A stretch of DNA of 64,000 nt. It comes from Octopus bimaculoides (taxonomy: Eukaryota). Made by a program: the position numbers and the translations under genes. Under the pieces are notes generated by a model. The model saw only the letters and a list, made by a program, of their open reading frames with translations. It was not told the DNA's origin and searched no databases. How positions within the stretch are numbered: the first letter of the stretch is position 1; the number at the start of each line of letters is the position of its first letter. Positions 27,045 to 40,975 of this stretch are shown here, in pieces. The DNA is taken from positions 86,950,156-87,014,155 of the forward strand of contig NC_068985.1 of the NCBI RefSeq assembly GCF_001194135.2, given 5' to 3'.

Positions 27045-27330
27045 TCCACCTCCCCTTCATCATCATCATCGCCATCGTCGTTGTCGTTATCATCATCATC
27101 CTCTTCCTCCTCACTCCTCCTCCACCTCATCATCCTCACTCTCTTCATCCTCTTCCTCCCGACCCCTCCTTCTCCACATCATCATCATCTTCATCATCAT
27201 CATCATTATCATCATCATCATCATCTTTGTCATCATCGTCATCATCCTCCTCTTCCTCCACACCGCTCCTCCTCCTCTTCATCATCATCATCATCCTCAC
27301 TCTCCTCTTCCTCCAACCCTCCTGCTGCTT
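27045..27330. repeat. (CAT)/(CCT) trinucleotide mosaic
   Basis: Directly visible low-complexity tract. Confidence 0.9.
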
Positions 27331-29677
27331 TAAATGGTTTGCCCTTTCTTGAATTTTTCCATAAATTTAGATACGGGGTCTCTTAAGTGGAATCAATTCT
27401 ATTGTTGCAAGTGTTCAGCTCAAATCCTCATTTTGAACATAATCAATATGTCATTGCTTTAAATTTTACGAAATTTACAAGTCATGGTTTCTTACTCTCA
27501 TTCCAGTCTTTGAGGCTCTTTAAAACATCATTTAAAGAAATATAGTTTATAGTAAAAGTAACAAAAGATGGACATGCTTGTATATGTGGCCTTATATTAT
27601 ATATCTCCTTTATAAAAGATGTTGTATGAACGTAACGATAGATGCAATTGGAAAATATATCTTTACAGCTGTTTCAAACATTCAGTGATTTGTTGCAATA
27701 ACGTACATGAAACATGTAGGAGTTATTATCAACGCATAAACGTGATGCATTGATATGATCAAGCTGGAAGCAGTGAAATGCTAAATTTTCCTTTTAGAAG
27801 GAAGAGAAGCAAAATGCAAATTTTATAGCAATGAACTGATATTTAAGGGCATAGAAACAAAAATTAAAGATGGCAAAAGAGGGGGATTAGTGATAATCAG
27901 AGGAAAAGGATGATAAGAAAAAGGTTGTGAGATGATAGTGAAAAGATACAAATAAATTGAGGAAGAAAGAGTAGGGGAGACATGAATATAGAAAAAAAAT
28001 AAAAATAAAAAAGAGAAAAGTGTAAAGAAAAGATGAAGAGGCTGAAGTCAGAATTAGACTTGTCATATCGAATCATAAATCTAAGTTTTAGAAAATTAGA
28101 GTATAGAAGGAAGATCAAAGATAATCTCACTTTTGGTCCATATTTTGTCTTGTTATATATTTCTTTATCATGTTTAATTTGTGCTTCTGGTATCTTTCGA
28201 TGTCTATATTCATAAACAACTTCTAATAATGTCAGTGTTTGAAAATATCACAAAGATCAGAAACAGTATTGCAAAGCTATAAGCTCAGGCTTATATTACA
28301 TTAGCCAGCTATCACCCATGAATGAGTCTAACTTGATAACATGTTCCATGTTTACATTAATGTTTTTAAGTGCTTGGGTAGTTGTGAGCCTATATAGACA
28401 TTCTTATGGTCTCTTTCCAGCAGCATATCCAGGGTGTGACTGTTAGAAGGAGAAAAGAGAGCTAACCCTTCAAACCCCACTCCGTTACTTGACTGGTATT
28501 CATTTTCAGTTCTGTACACTGGAGCAACATGAAATGAAGTGCCTTGCTCAAGGACACAATATACTGCACAGTTCAGGAAATAAACCCAGAACATCATGGT
28601 TGTGAGCTGTGAACTCTAACCACTTGGCCGTAAGTTTTCATAAAAATTTGCTGTGAATACTTTAAATAGGCAGCCCAATAAGTTATTTTCTCTAACACCT
28701 TTCATTACTCACACTTACACAAATTTGTTAATAGCAATACAAGAGTGAGTGACAGGAAGAGCACCTGGTCATAGAATTCTTCTTTGTAAAAATCCTTCTC
28801 CAACCCATGCTAGCATGGAATAAAATGAATGCTAAATTAATGAGTGATTGAACAGACATCATTCATTTCTTGGGTGAGTCAATATCACAATTATTTATCA
28901 TGCCACAGCAAGCAGTAAAGTAACTTTTGACAACTTAAAAATAAATGAAAAGTAAGTGTTCTACATTTTCTCTGTTTTTAATTGGCTAAAACTGGTTCTC
29001 AATGATATAACCACTTCAGTTTCAATGCAATGTCTTAGATAAAGTCACTTGGTAGACAAGTACGAATTTAAAATTGTTTATATTCTTTGCTATTCATGAT
29101 AAACAATGTAAGATATTCAGACAAAACTGACAATTAAAGGAAAGAAATTTAATGGAGATATTCTGAAGAAAATTGAAAAAATAATTTGATTTCAGTGTTC
29201 TGTGGTAAATAGTTCTTTTTTATTTTGTTTTTTTCAGGAGGTGATTTAATCTGAAACTGTGTTTTTGAAACATATATTTTAAGCATATATTTTATGGTAA
29301 AGTGTATAATCATCTAGGCCATAAACTGAACTGCAAAAAGGAAAATGAGTGCATCTTGTAGTTTATACCTGCAAATTCACATGACCTGGTGGTTAAGTTA
29401 ATTTGTCTCATGATCCTCAGGTTGTGGGTTCAGTTTCTGGACTAGGCAGTGAGCCATGTCTTTGAGCAAAGCACTTCCTTTCATGTAGCTCCTGTCTATT
29501 CAGCTGTAGAAACAAACCAACAAAGATGGTTTGCTTTTCCAGCTGTCCTGAAAGTTCTACCCAGTCAAAGGTGTCTCAGTTCCTTTGCAACTATACAGGC
29601 ACCTAAAACACTTAATGAAAGTATAGTAATTCTTAGCAAGCTAGTATTGCTCATGGTTGTACTTTTCTGCTTTATAG

Positions 29678-29700
29678 TACCATACTAGTTTAAAATATTG
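29678..29700 (+). CDS. Candidate micro-exon (23 nt, phase 0 to 2), YHTSLKY
   Basis: Strong acceptor TTGTACTTTTCTGCTTTATAG and donor TG|GTAAGT. Only phase 0 is open, which matches 16276-16324. Confidence 0.38.
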
Positions 29701-30144
29701 GTAAGTCCTAATTGAGAAGACTTCTGATCAAAGGCATTATGAAAGTCATGATCATTTTATCTGCTTAATCTATAATGTATCTACATTGATACAAACAGAT
29801 GCCATAAAATACTTAATACATGATTGATAATTACAGAATCATTAAAATAGCTTTGAAGCTCTCCTGTTTCAATATTCTACTAATTGACCTCTGATCACAC
29901 ATAGTTATGTATGATCACCAATAATAATAACAAGGAGCCATAATTTCATGAAGAATTTGACTAAAAACATATTTTCTGCTCTGAAAGTTGACTGATCATC
30001 ATTTTACACTCGTTACATCTTTAGGGCAGAACAGGTGTTGCTGCCACATGCATCCATCCACCCAATCAACCATTCATTCATCCATCCATCCATCCATCCA
30101 TCCATCCATCCATCCATATATATATATATATATATACAAACATG

Positions 30145-30204
<60 letters not shown>

Positions 30205-30829
30205 GAGCTTCTTCCAGTTTGCATCTATTAAGTCCACTCTCAAGGCTTTGGCCAGCCTGAGGTTACAGTATAAAGCACCTGCCCAAAGTGCCTGCCACGA
30301 AGTTGAACTGAGCCCATAACCATTTGGTTGGGAGGCAAACTTCTTACTTTCCTCACAGAAATAAATCCCTCTGGATTTCTTATTTATTTACATGATTCTC
30401 CAAAGAAACTCACAACAGATACAAAAATGAAGTACAAGACATACTAATCATAGAATGATGGAACTTACCACTCCAAATAGTTTTCTCCTTCCAAAGCTTT
30501 CTAGGATTGGCTGCATCCAACATTATTCTGATAATTCTAAGAACAAAAACTCATTTTGCTTTGTTTCCATTTTTAAGAATGCCATTCCTATCACCAACCT
30601 CTTCACAGAGTGAACTGGATACAATTAAGGGGTGTATACAGGTATGGCAATGTAGCATTAGAAGAAACTTGTATTTATTTATCAGCCCTTGAGGGAAAAA
30701 AAAACTACAAAGGTAGCTTCAAGAGGATTTGAAACTAAAATACAAAAGAGCTAAAGTAAATAACATAAAAAATTTAATCCACTCAGCTGTGGTGGTCATG
30801 ATCGCCACTACTTCACTATCACCCTTTTC

Positions 30830-31295
30830 ACTCTATAAATAATTCTTAAATAAAGCCACAAGGACTCAAATTCTGTTGGAAGAAATTAGTCAACCTAGCA
30901 TTTGGTTAGTTCTTTACTTGTTCAGACCCAGAATGATGAAAAGCAAGCTTTAGCTTGGCAGGATTTGAACCCTGAACATAAAAAGACAGAAAAATGCACT
31001 TGTTTCCTGCTTTAATTGATTTCTGCCAATTCACCATTCTTCATCAGCAACTAATAAAGAGTTTCTAATTTAGATCCAAAAGGTCAGTGGCTTTGGGCAT
31101 TGAAGTTTTAGTGACCATCAACACTTGTGTTTGATGGAGACTTGATTTTATTGAGTCAGAAAGGAGAAGTGCATACGTAGCCTTGCTAAGATTTGAACTC
31201 AGAATATAAAGAACCAAAGCATGAAAAATTGCTGCAATACATTTTATCCAATGCCCTAGAGATAGCGCCCCACCCCAGCACCACTACAAATTTTA
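30830..31295 (-). mobile_element. Two decayed SINE family C copies
   Basis: Each contains GGATTTGAAC(C/T)C (reverse box B) and a CACAAGG..AAATT 3' motif. Confidence 0.55.
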
Positions 31296-32127
31296 ATAAT
31301 AATAAATAATGAAAGACAAAGAACATTAAATTGTAACTCTCAGTTTACTTTGCAGAAAATAGAGACCAGCACTTTCATTTTATGGTTGAATGGTTAGTGA
31401 TAGGAAGGGGATGTTTTTATTCTTAAAATATATGTTCCGAGAGTTTTTCATGCAAATCTCTAAATCTATGCGAGGAAAACAAAAAAAAAAAAAGGAAAAG
31501 AAGATGGGAAAAAAAACATACAAACAAAGAAACAATTGAAAAATCAAATAAAAGCAGCATTGACAAAAAGAAGAACAACAAACCATCTTGGTCCTGATAA
31601 CATTGTAAAATAGATGTAAAATAGGAAATAAAGAGAAGAGAAAAACAACAACAACAACAACAACAACAACAATTACTGTGTGTTGGTGTTTGGCGATAAT
31701 GAAGGAGGAGGTTTCCAAGTAGATTTAAAACACATAGAAAAACAAATAAAACAAAGGTAAAAGAAAAAAGAAAAAAACTGCCACTCCTCTGCTGTCCCAA
31801 TTATTTCTACGTTGAGCGAGAAAATGAAACGCTGGCTCAGGAGGAGTTTTATATCAATTTAAATTACTCTGTTAAAAGTGGTTTCTTTGTGCATTTAACA
31901 AGGTGCCAGGAGATTAACAAAGCAGAAGAACNNNNNNNNNNNNNNNNNNNNNNNNNNNNNNNNNNNNNNNNNNNNNNNNNNNNNNNNNNNNNNNNNNNNN
32001 NNNNNNNNNNNNNNNNNNNNNNNNNNNNNNNNNNNNNNNNNNNNNNNNNNNNNNNNNNNNNNNNTTCGTGGTGAAAACAACTAAAAGAAAAAGACAATCA
32101 TGGTATGAGGAATGCATATATACATAA

Positions 32128-32470
32128 ACTGTTGCTGCTGCCACTGCTGCTGCTGCTGCTGCTACTGCCACTACTGGTGCTGTCTGTTATTATTATCAGT
32201 GTCGTTGATTATGAATAGATTTTGACAATGATGTTGATAACGATGATGACAGTGGTGATGATGACGATGATGACGATGATGATGACGATGACAATGATGA
32301 TGACGATGATGACCATGATGATGATGATGAAAGAGACAATGGCACCGGTGATGATGATGATGATGACTATGATGTCAACAATGGTGCTAATGATAACAGT
32401 GTTGATGATAGGTATTGAGTTCCTCAGTTGCATTGCGATAATGATGATGATGGTTGTGGTGGTGATGATA
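32128..32470. repeat. (GCT)/(GAT)n trinucleotide mosaic
   Basis: Directly visible; source of the poly-Met ORF. Confidence 0.9.
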
Positions 32471-34320
32471 GAAGTGACAGGGGCATGGATAATGTCTATT
32501 TTGACATGGTTTCTACAGTTGGATGCACTTCTTAATGCCAACCCCTTTACAGAGTATGTTGGGTTATTTCTATGTGGCACTAGAACAAATGTTTTCTATG
32601 AGGCACCAAAACCAGTACTTTTGATGTAGCACCAGCACCAGTGATTTCATGTGGTGCCAACACCAGTGGTTATCCATGGAAATATCAAGAAACCAGTTGT
32701 ATAAAGACTTACCTTTGGGATCATGTGAATAAGGTAACCCTTAATAAGTTAATGCTTCTAAAGTCTGATTCCATGCAATAGTCATCCTCTTTCAATAACC
32801 GACAATTTTATCTGTTTCCTTTCAGCAAACCCAAGTCTTCAGATGATATTCTACGGCCTGCAATTTTCTGTTTAGAGGTCTTTCACAAAATCAGATCCTT
32901 GCCCTAAGCCTTAAGCTCTTCAAACCAATGTAGCAACTTTTATTTGGTCACTCTACCTGCTAGAAATAGCAACCAAATCTTTTTCAAATAACAATTACTA
33001 TCATTGAAAAATGGAAGGACACAATGAATAATGAGGAGCATGTGGGAAATGTAGGATAGTCATGGCTGGAATTACTTTGACCTTATCATGTCTCAACTCA
33101 TTAAGGTTAGACCAACAAAAAGAAAAATAATCATCATCATCATCATCATTATTGTTTTAACATGTTTCGCTATGCTTACATGGCTCAGATGTCAATAGAT
33201 TTGGACAGTGATTTTTTTATGGCTGAATGCCTTTCCTGGAGCCAATGCACACCAGTTTTCAACTGAGTAAGCAATCTTCCAGTCATGCTTAGGTAGAAAA
33301 TAGAGAACAAACGAATGAGTTATTTGTTTATAAAGATCTTGCAACATGTCATGACATGTCAAGGAGCCCAGACATGTTTTTGCAGTGGATTGCATGCAAA
33401 TAACATCATCAGGAAGGTCATTGCTTATAACCAATAAATACATGTGAGGACGATGGAAGTACAAACTCACACACAAACTCACACAAGCACACTCACATGC
33501 ATATTTACTACATACGAACATGCACACATGTGTACATGTGTGTTTGGATGACAGACTTCTTTCAGTTTCTAGTTTCCCTGAATCCACTCACTAGGCTTTG
33601 GTTGACCAAAAGCTTTAATAGAAGATACTAGCCAAGGTGCCATGCAGTGGAATTGACCTGAAAACCACTTGAATAGGAAGTAAACTCCTTGACCTCCACC
33701 AGCATTAAAGACTATATTCTTAAAAGTTTAAAGAAGATTTGCAAAGATGAGATCAAAAAATTTGTCCTTTTGGGTAAAGAAATATGGCAAGAGCATAGTT
33801 CAATAGTCTGTTGTGGAGGAGAGAGAAAGATAAAGAGAGAGAGAAAGAGAAAGAGAGAAAGAGAGAGAGAGAGAAAGAGAAAGAGAAAGAGAAAGAGAGA
33901 GAGAAAGTGAACTGTGTTGACTGATTTGTTTTATTCAATTCCACCATCAGCTGTTTCATACAAATCAACTTTAGTTTTGCTTGGAGACAAATTAAAGGAG
34001 AAAAGTTTTCTAGAAATTTTTTTTAAAACTGAAATTAGGATAAAGATAAAGAAAAAATTTCCCAAAAACTAAATAATCAGGAAAATAGAAAGAAAAACAA
34101 TATTAGCTCTAATGAGACTAATTGCAAGAAAAGCACAGTTGCAATTAGATTAGAGGCAAACGAATGTGTAATTACTCAAGTAGGATTTTCTATAAACATT
34201 TGATTCACTTACCAAAGATCTGTCAGGTCTTCTGGGAATTACTACCCAAATTACTTTGCAATGGAACTACACGACACATTTATACTAAATAATTCTTTCT
34301 TACTTTTCTTTCATATGAAA

Positions 34321-35112
34321 AATTATTATTACTATTATTATCATTATTGTTGTTGTTGTCATTATTATTACGATTGTTGTTTTTGTTATTATAATCAAGT
34401 TAGAGCATGTTAATTTAATTAACAGGAATGTTATCTTGAGGCTTGGTGGCAACATGTCTCCTCAAATCTCAAGAATCTTTATGAGGATTCTTGCAGAATA
34501 TTTGATGGCCCTTTTCTGCAGCTAGAGAATACAAATTTCATTGCAAACCTCTTCCAGTCTTTTAGACAGCATTTTCGGTGTTGTGCCAAGTGCACCAATT
34601 ACTACAATTGTTGTTTTGGTTTTCCACAACATTCTCAGCTCCCTGGTTAGATCCTGATTTTTCTTGATTTTTTTTCAATTTCTTTGGTATCAACTCTGCT
34701 AAATTTTCTATCACAGCCTCTGGTTTACTTTCTACTTATTTCAAAACCCCCCACACTGCTAACATTCCAATGCATTCTTTTATTTACACAGTCATGTCTG
34801 TGCTTAAATTCTTTTTTTTTGTGCTAGTTTATATAAAGAGAAAGATGATTTATACTCTCATCTCCTTTCCTACAGACTCTATGTTTGCTGTCTGGCTGAG
34901 TTTTGCTAGTCTCACCACTTTCCTACTCTCTCAAGCTGAATCTTGTTGCAAAGCGCTCAATGGATTATCCTTGTTATGTTTTCATGCTGCCTCTTATATT
35001 CTTTCTGAGATAGTGGTGTCTTTTGGCTGGTAACATGCAATACAGTTTCCCCATTCTCTCTACAAATTCTGCACTTAATGCTTTCTGCCACATGGTCTAT
35101 TCTGAGTTTGAC
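34321..35112 (-). pseudogene. Dong/R4 LINE 3' fragment (CCHC zinc knuckle, restriction-like endonuclease region, (TAA)n tail)
   Basis: Minus strand gives IDHVAESIKCRICRENG..ETVLHV..LSQKEYKRQH..IIH*ALCNK and DLTRELRMLWKTKTTIVVIGALGTTPK..LQKRAIKYSARIL. Internal deletion; tail at 34321-34390. Confidence 0.85.
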
Positions 35113-35119
35113 ATAATTA

Positions 35120-35144
35120 CTTCATTATTATTATTATTATTATC

Positions 35145-35204
<60 letters not shown>

Positions 35205-35575
35205 GTTGCTATCATTATTGCTATTATTGAATGAGTGAGGAAGCAACACATGCCATCAAAGTGACACTGGGGTACAAATATACAAAGCCTATTATACCCA
35301 TCATGACTCCATGTTTGATAAGGGTACACCAGACACATGCGTTACAACCATATATGTGCATGACATAATGATCTCACATAAAGATAAGCTGTGCATTACC
35401 TTGCAGGTGGAGCCTACTTAGAATTTTCTTCAGATTGAGTAGTCCTGCTCAATAGATCACGGAATAAGGATTAAATTAAAGATGATGGACTAAACACCCA
35501 TGTTTCCAGGGGTGAATTATTCAAGATCCAAAGAATTCCTCTCAATATATGACTATGAACCTCACCACACTACTC
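35120..35575 (-). mobile_element. (TAA)n-tailed interspersed repeat, probable Dong-type 3' UTR
   Basis: Non-coding repeat ending in a long (TAA)n tract with the same strand polarity as the Dong tails. Family assignment is an inference. Confidence 0.45.
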
Positions 35576-36542
35576 TTGTTCATGATAAGAGTTGCTCCTA
35601 TCTATAAGGATTGAAGAAGTGTGGGACAATGTCCAGTTTATTTTTTCCCCAAATTATTAAAGAAAAGTCATATTACTTTGAAGAAATTGTAAATGAATAT
35701 TATAAAAGTTTTAAACTCTAAAGTTTATTTGTATGTTAAACATAAATTATAATGTTTAATATTACAAGATTCACTCTCTGTTTTAAATGTCAACTTCCAT
35801 TTGAATTCCACATGTAAACAAATAGCTTTTCTTTGCGTTCATAAAAAATGTAATAAAGCGAAAAACAATAAAACAAGTGAGTAAATTATTGTTAAAAGTA
35901 TTACGTAGTGCAAAAACAATAATCCCTGACAAGATCCGAATTAAGTTTCCAAATTGTGTTACTGCGGTCATGCTGGAGTACCACTTTGAAATTATTTAGT
36001 CAATAAAATCATCTCCCAACACAATTCTTCGCACATGATCAGATATATGTTGCACTATCAAGAGTGTCAAGAAAAGAAAATATAAAAATATTAACCGAGA
36101 TAAACGAAAGGGGTCCATTTGTTGATAATTGTGTCTACATAGAAATTCTACAGTGATGTGAGACATTCATTACTCTGTTTTAATTGAAATCTATTTAAGT
36201 TTCTTTTTAATTGCTAGGAAAGGGACACTAGGAACACTTAAGATGTCTGTAAGTGAATATAATGAAACAACAATATAGTAAAACTCAACTCTCTTCATAT
36301 TGGTAAATGTAATTCATTATTTCCCACCAGAGAATCTATTTTCAAATTCACTCAAGTGAAGATTCATGAACATTTTGCTTTGACAGTCTCATCTCCAATT
36401 TCCCAATTTTCATTATTGTCTTTTTTCAATGTATTACAGATTGTTTTACTGATTACAGAATAAACTATTCATGTTCATAGTGTCAATTTACTCTGTAATT
36501 TATGTATAATATTTGTTTGTATATATATATATATATATAATA

Positions 36543-36602
36543 TCAATATGTACAACGCATATGCCAGCAGAAAAACCACCCAGAGGGTGGTTTTTCTGCT
36601 AG
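36543..36602 (+). mobile_element. Minimal Helitron-like unit / perfect hairpin
   Basis: A|TC at 36543, perfect 16-bp inverted repeat (36566-36581 / 36585-36600), CTAG|T end at 36599-36603. Confidence 0.5.
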
Positions 36603-38249
36603 TCTCTAATAATCATTGAAAAAAAATATTTTTCATGATTTGAAATAAAAAGGTTTTTCTTGTTTACATTCATATTTTGTTTTACCACAGTTTAATGATT
36701 GAACTGTTGAATCTGAACTCCAATGCTAAAGAAAAAAATGGCAAGAAAACAAAAAGCAAAAAAAAAAAACGTATATAAGATGGCTAAAAAATGTGGATAA
36801 AAACAAATTAGCTTGAGCAGAATTTGCATATTGGTAAACCAGACAAAAACACTCCTAAGTTCATTATAATGTCTTGGAAATAGATATTATACAAGTTCTT
36901 GCTGTTTTCATTTATGTTTTTCAAAAATAAAGCACAAATATCTTCGATGAAGCAATGCACACCACCACCTCATCCACTGCCACACTCATGCAGGTATTTA
37001 ATAGTTTAAAAGGAGCAATCAGTTATTCTAAGAGAAATCTATGGCTACAGTCTTGTGACTGAAAGAAATAAAAGGTTAAAGAATTATTGTTGAGGCAATG
37101 AACAAAAGAACGGTAAAGGCAACCCAGGAGGAAGAAGTTTGGGTGAGTATTGTATTAATTTCATGTTTTAAAAGAAAGAGAAAAAGTCTCAGTATTTTGG
37201 ACATTAATATAGAAGGGAAATGTAGCAGGGCCTCTAAACTGAATTCCTGGATAAACAGTCAGACATTATGAGCAAACCCCAATAGTCTTATATGAATGAT
37301 CTATCAACAGACCAGTCAGGGTGAAGCAATGGCGTGGACAGGTTTTCTTGAACATTATAGAATTTGTCCCCTATAAGAACCGTTTCATTCACATTTTTAA
37401 CCGTCCAGGTGCCTCAAGATGGTGGCTAAGAAAGATGACACAGATTGATGACATAAAACTCCATCACCACAAATATTGCTCAGTTATTTCCAGTTCTATT
37501 GGGCAAGCTGCTTGTTGCCATGTCAACAGTTTGCAATAAACTGCAATCAGTATCTCTCTCCCAGTATGTAATTATTGCTGCTGTTACCTGTAAAAGGGCA
37601 ACAATGCTGTCTTTATGTGCAGCCATAAAATGTTCTGCTAAATATTCACAGGTGTTGTTCAGTTACTTCTACACATAACTCAAGAAACCCATTTCCATTC
37701 ATCTCCATCACAGACTGACCAAAAACCTTCAGGCTGCAACATTGGTAAAGAAGAATCAACCAATGTAGAAGTGCTGAATATCCATGGACTTTGGTTCATG
37801 GATGAATGCCACACTGATTCCATAGACTTCTTTAAAGCTGAATGAATCCTGAATGCTTTACCATTTCTAACAGTTCTTTATTCCTTATTTTGTGAAATGA
37901 TTATTGGTCTTTTAAGAGGCCATCTTACAGGAGAATGATAGAATGTTTAATGTGGTAGCTTGACTTGCAAGTCATAGCAACCAAATTTCCTTCCAAGTAT
38001 ACACCACCATCTTAAAAAAAGGGAGGTCACACTGACAGTATCGTTCCTACTTTATAAACTTAAGGGATGGCCAAAGCTGAAATTATTTTTTGACATTATA
38101 ATGGCAGGATTATGTTTGATTAGTATTGAAAAACCAGAAGGCCACAGTGAACAATTAGCAACTATGTTGTCTCTGATGTAAAGAAAGATTGATGGTCAAA
38201 GATCAAAACACTTTTAATCATAAGTCAGCTCAGTAAGGAATCATCTAGG

Positions 38250-38470
38250 ATTAAACAACATCATCACTATAATGATCAGTAAAGATGTGCCATTTCTTTT
38301 TGCTGGCATCATTGCACTGCTGTTGAAGCAAAGGCATGAATGCAGCTAAACGATACATTTCCATATCAGTTAGAGGAGGTTTATTTCTAATGTCGGAACT
38401 TCTACAATTACTGTCAACCTTTATCCAGAAAAGTTTCATCCCCTTACTCCCTTCATTTCTTGTGATTTGA
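38250..38470 (-). pseudogene. Possible piggyBac transposase relic
   Basis: GMKLFWIKVDSN...LAAFMPLLQQQ...KKWHIFTDHYS resembles the piggyBac WGxKxxxLxDS and GxHIFTDxFYTS motifs. Confidence 0.42.
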
Positions 38471-38579
38471 TCATCACAGAGATGAGTTCAGGAACTTCAT
38501 TGATCTGACAGCATTAATAAAATGGTTATTGATTTTGGGTAACTGATGAGATAATTATAGTCAACTGGAATGATTGAAG

Positions 38580-38632
<53 letters not shown>

Positions 38633-38876
38633 ATNNNNNNNNNNNNNNNNNNNNNNNNNNNNNNNNNNNNNNNNNNNNNNNNNNNNNNNNNNNNNNNNNN
38701 NNNNNNNNNNNNNNNNNNNNNNNNNNNNNNNNNNNNNNNNNNNNNNNNNNNNNNNNNNNNNNNNNNNNNNNNNNNNNNNNNNNNNNNNNNNNNNNNNNNN
38801 NNNNNNNNNNNNNNNNNNNNNNNNNNNNNNNNNNNNNNNNNNNNNNNNNNNNNNNNNNNNNNNNNNNNNNNNNNNN

Positions 38877-38965
<89 letters not shown>

Positions 38966-40314
38966 AACATTATACAAGAGTTTCATGTTTGTCATTTGCT
39001 TTAAGAAGTCTATGTCCACCTTATACAAACTGCTGTTGTTTCATCCCAGATCAATAAGCATCAGTGTTCCAGCTAAGATGGCCCAGTAAGTTAACCCTGG
39101 ACTATATTAGTCGCTCTTCTGTTTATTTAATTATCAAAATTATAGAAAGTGATTAGAGGACAGGTTGGCTACTATTTCTCAGAGATAAAGTGAATGCATA
39201 GAGGCTTCTCATCTGAACGTTTGATGTCTTCTGACCACAGGTCACCTTTTGTTAAGCCTGCTTTGACTACTCTCCTATACTATGACACAAAAGTCATTGC
39301 TAGCCATCATAGGCTTGGGAAAAAGAGGTGCAAGGGGTGACAGTGAACCTCTACAAAATCTTTGTTGTGGTAGGGCAGAAAATCCTTTTATTATTATCTT
39401 GTATTTGTTTTGGTATTAAGATTGGAAAAAATTCATCCTAGTTTGTAAAAGATTTTGGACCAGGGTTTGCAACCCCTAAACAAATTTCATTCCTGCATTT
39501 ATGCCAATCATGGGTCTACATAGTGTTCAATGTATCTAAATTGTATCCTGCATGTTTCTTTGATCCATGTACTTGGGTACAAATGTATATTCAGAATGAA
39601 GTCTGACAATTTCCATTTATGTTTCAGCAGCATTTCCAGTTTGAAATGTGTAACAAATGATGCTTATAAGCCATTGAGTGGATTTCTGGTTATGTCCAAG
39701 AGAACCTGTTGTATTATTTGATGTCAGGCAAAATTTGTTGTGCTTCCATCCTTTGTATACAAAGATATATGAGTTTCCCCATCACTCTCTCCTGGATCAC
39801 ATTCTCTGGCAAAACAACGCTGCTGAGTTTACTAAATTCTTCTATTTGTATATCTTGTCTTGAAACTGGGATAAATCCAAAAATCCTATCCCTTTAGCTT
39901 TAAAGAAATGTTTATCTTCACACAGCTAAGAATGGGCCATAATGTTTGGAATTGTGCTAAGAGTTGCTACAGAATTTGTTGTCATTGATGTTATTGTTGT
40001 TGTTATTGTCGCTATCTGCTAGATTACTTCTTTGATTATTTTGGGATGTTTTATTCTTTATTTGTGGTAGACATTTACTTCTTTCTCTTATAAATTTAGT
40101 CGAATGTTTTGATTATGAGTTTTTGATTTTTCTTATCTATTGCAATGTTCCGCTGTGCGATGTAATTACGTGTGGAAGCGCTTTTGAATGTGAAAATGTG
40201 TATAAATGAAAGTTTAAAAGTTTGTGAAACAAACCTCTTTTTTATGTTCTCTGCTTTTGTGTATTGAGGTTAGCCCTTCTTTAGACTTTTTTAGTTCTTT
40301 CTACAATGCATCTG

Positions 40315-40975
40315 GAATAGAGTGGATGAAATCATTGCCATATCATGAATGAATGTCCTAGACTTGCCCAAAACCACGTCAAGTTGTGGTGGCATGATCA
40401 GGTAGTGAAAGTGCTATATTGGAAACTGTGTGAAAAGTGGGGTCTAGAGAGAGGCAAGATATGGTATGAGCACAAACCACAGAGAATGGTGGAGTTGGAG
40501 ACTAGCAAAATCCTCTGGAATTTTACAATACAAACAGATCAAGTGCTAGAGCTTAACAGACTGGACCTAGTAGTGGTGGACAAGGTGCACCACATATGCT
40601 ATATAGTTGATGTTGCATGCCCCATTGACCCCACGAATAGTCAAGAAGGAAGATAGATAGATAGAACCCTCTTAAGTATGAAATAGCCTGGCTATGGAAG
40701 ATGAAGAAGGTGAACATAGTGTCAATTATTGTTGGGTCCTTGAAAACAGTATCAGAAGGCATCAAGAGGAATTATAAAGGAAATTGGTATAGAATGCTGA
40801 GAAGAGCCATTACAAAAGATTTGTTTCCTTGGCATGGCCAGAATAATCAGGAATGTTTTAGATAGCTGAAAAGAATGGATAGCATGGTACCGTAGGTTGC
40901 AAGGAGCAAGCCCGCTACACATACAAGACTCCAGGAGTTCCAACAAAACTTGTGATGAAAAGAAAAATAATAATG
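40315..40975 (+). pseudogene. Dong/R4 LINE 3' fragment (RLE domain)
   Basis: ECPRLAQ..HDQVVKVLYWKLCEKWGL..WYEHKP..KILWNFTIQTD..RLDLVVVDK...IVDVACP, then LQKICFLGMARIIRNVL*; 3' UTR ends in AATAATAAT. Confidence 0.9.

Noticed and set aside
27660-27700. Minus-strand GAAA-CAGCTG-TA resembling a hammerhead 3' half
   Set aside because: No CUGAUGA upstream.
37098-37142. ATG...TGG|GTGAGT candidate exon (MNKRTVKATQEEEVW)
   Set aside because: Good donor, but no convincing acceptor or frame-compatible partner exon.
37260-37860. Minus-strand translation loosely like an RTE APE endonuclease (KWV.., LLQT.., IFVV.EF)
   Set aside because: The motifs are too degenerate to call without a profile search.
39480-40300. 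Possible Penelope or Polinton-like coding remnant on the minus strand
   Set aside because: Only vague motif resemblance (HNKFCL, QKSTQWL), with many stops.
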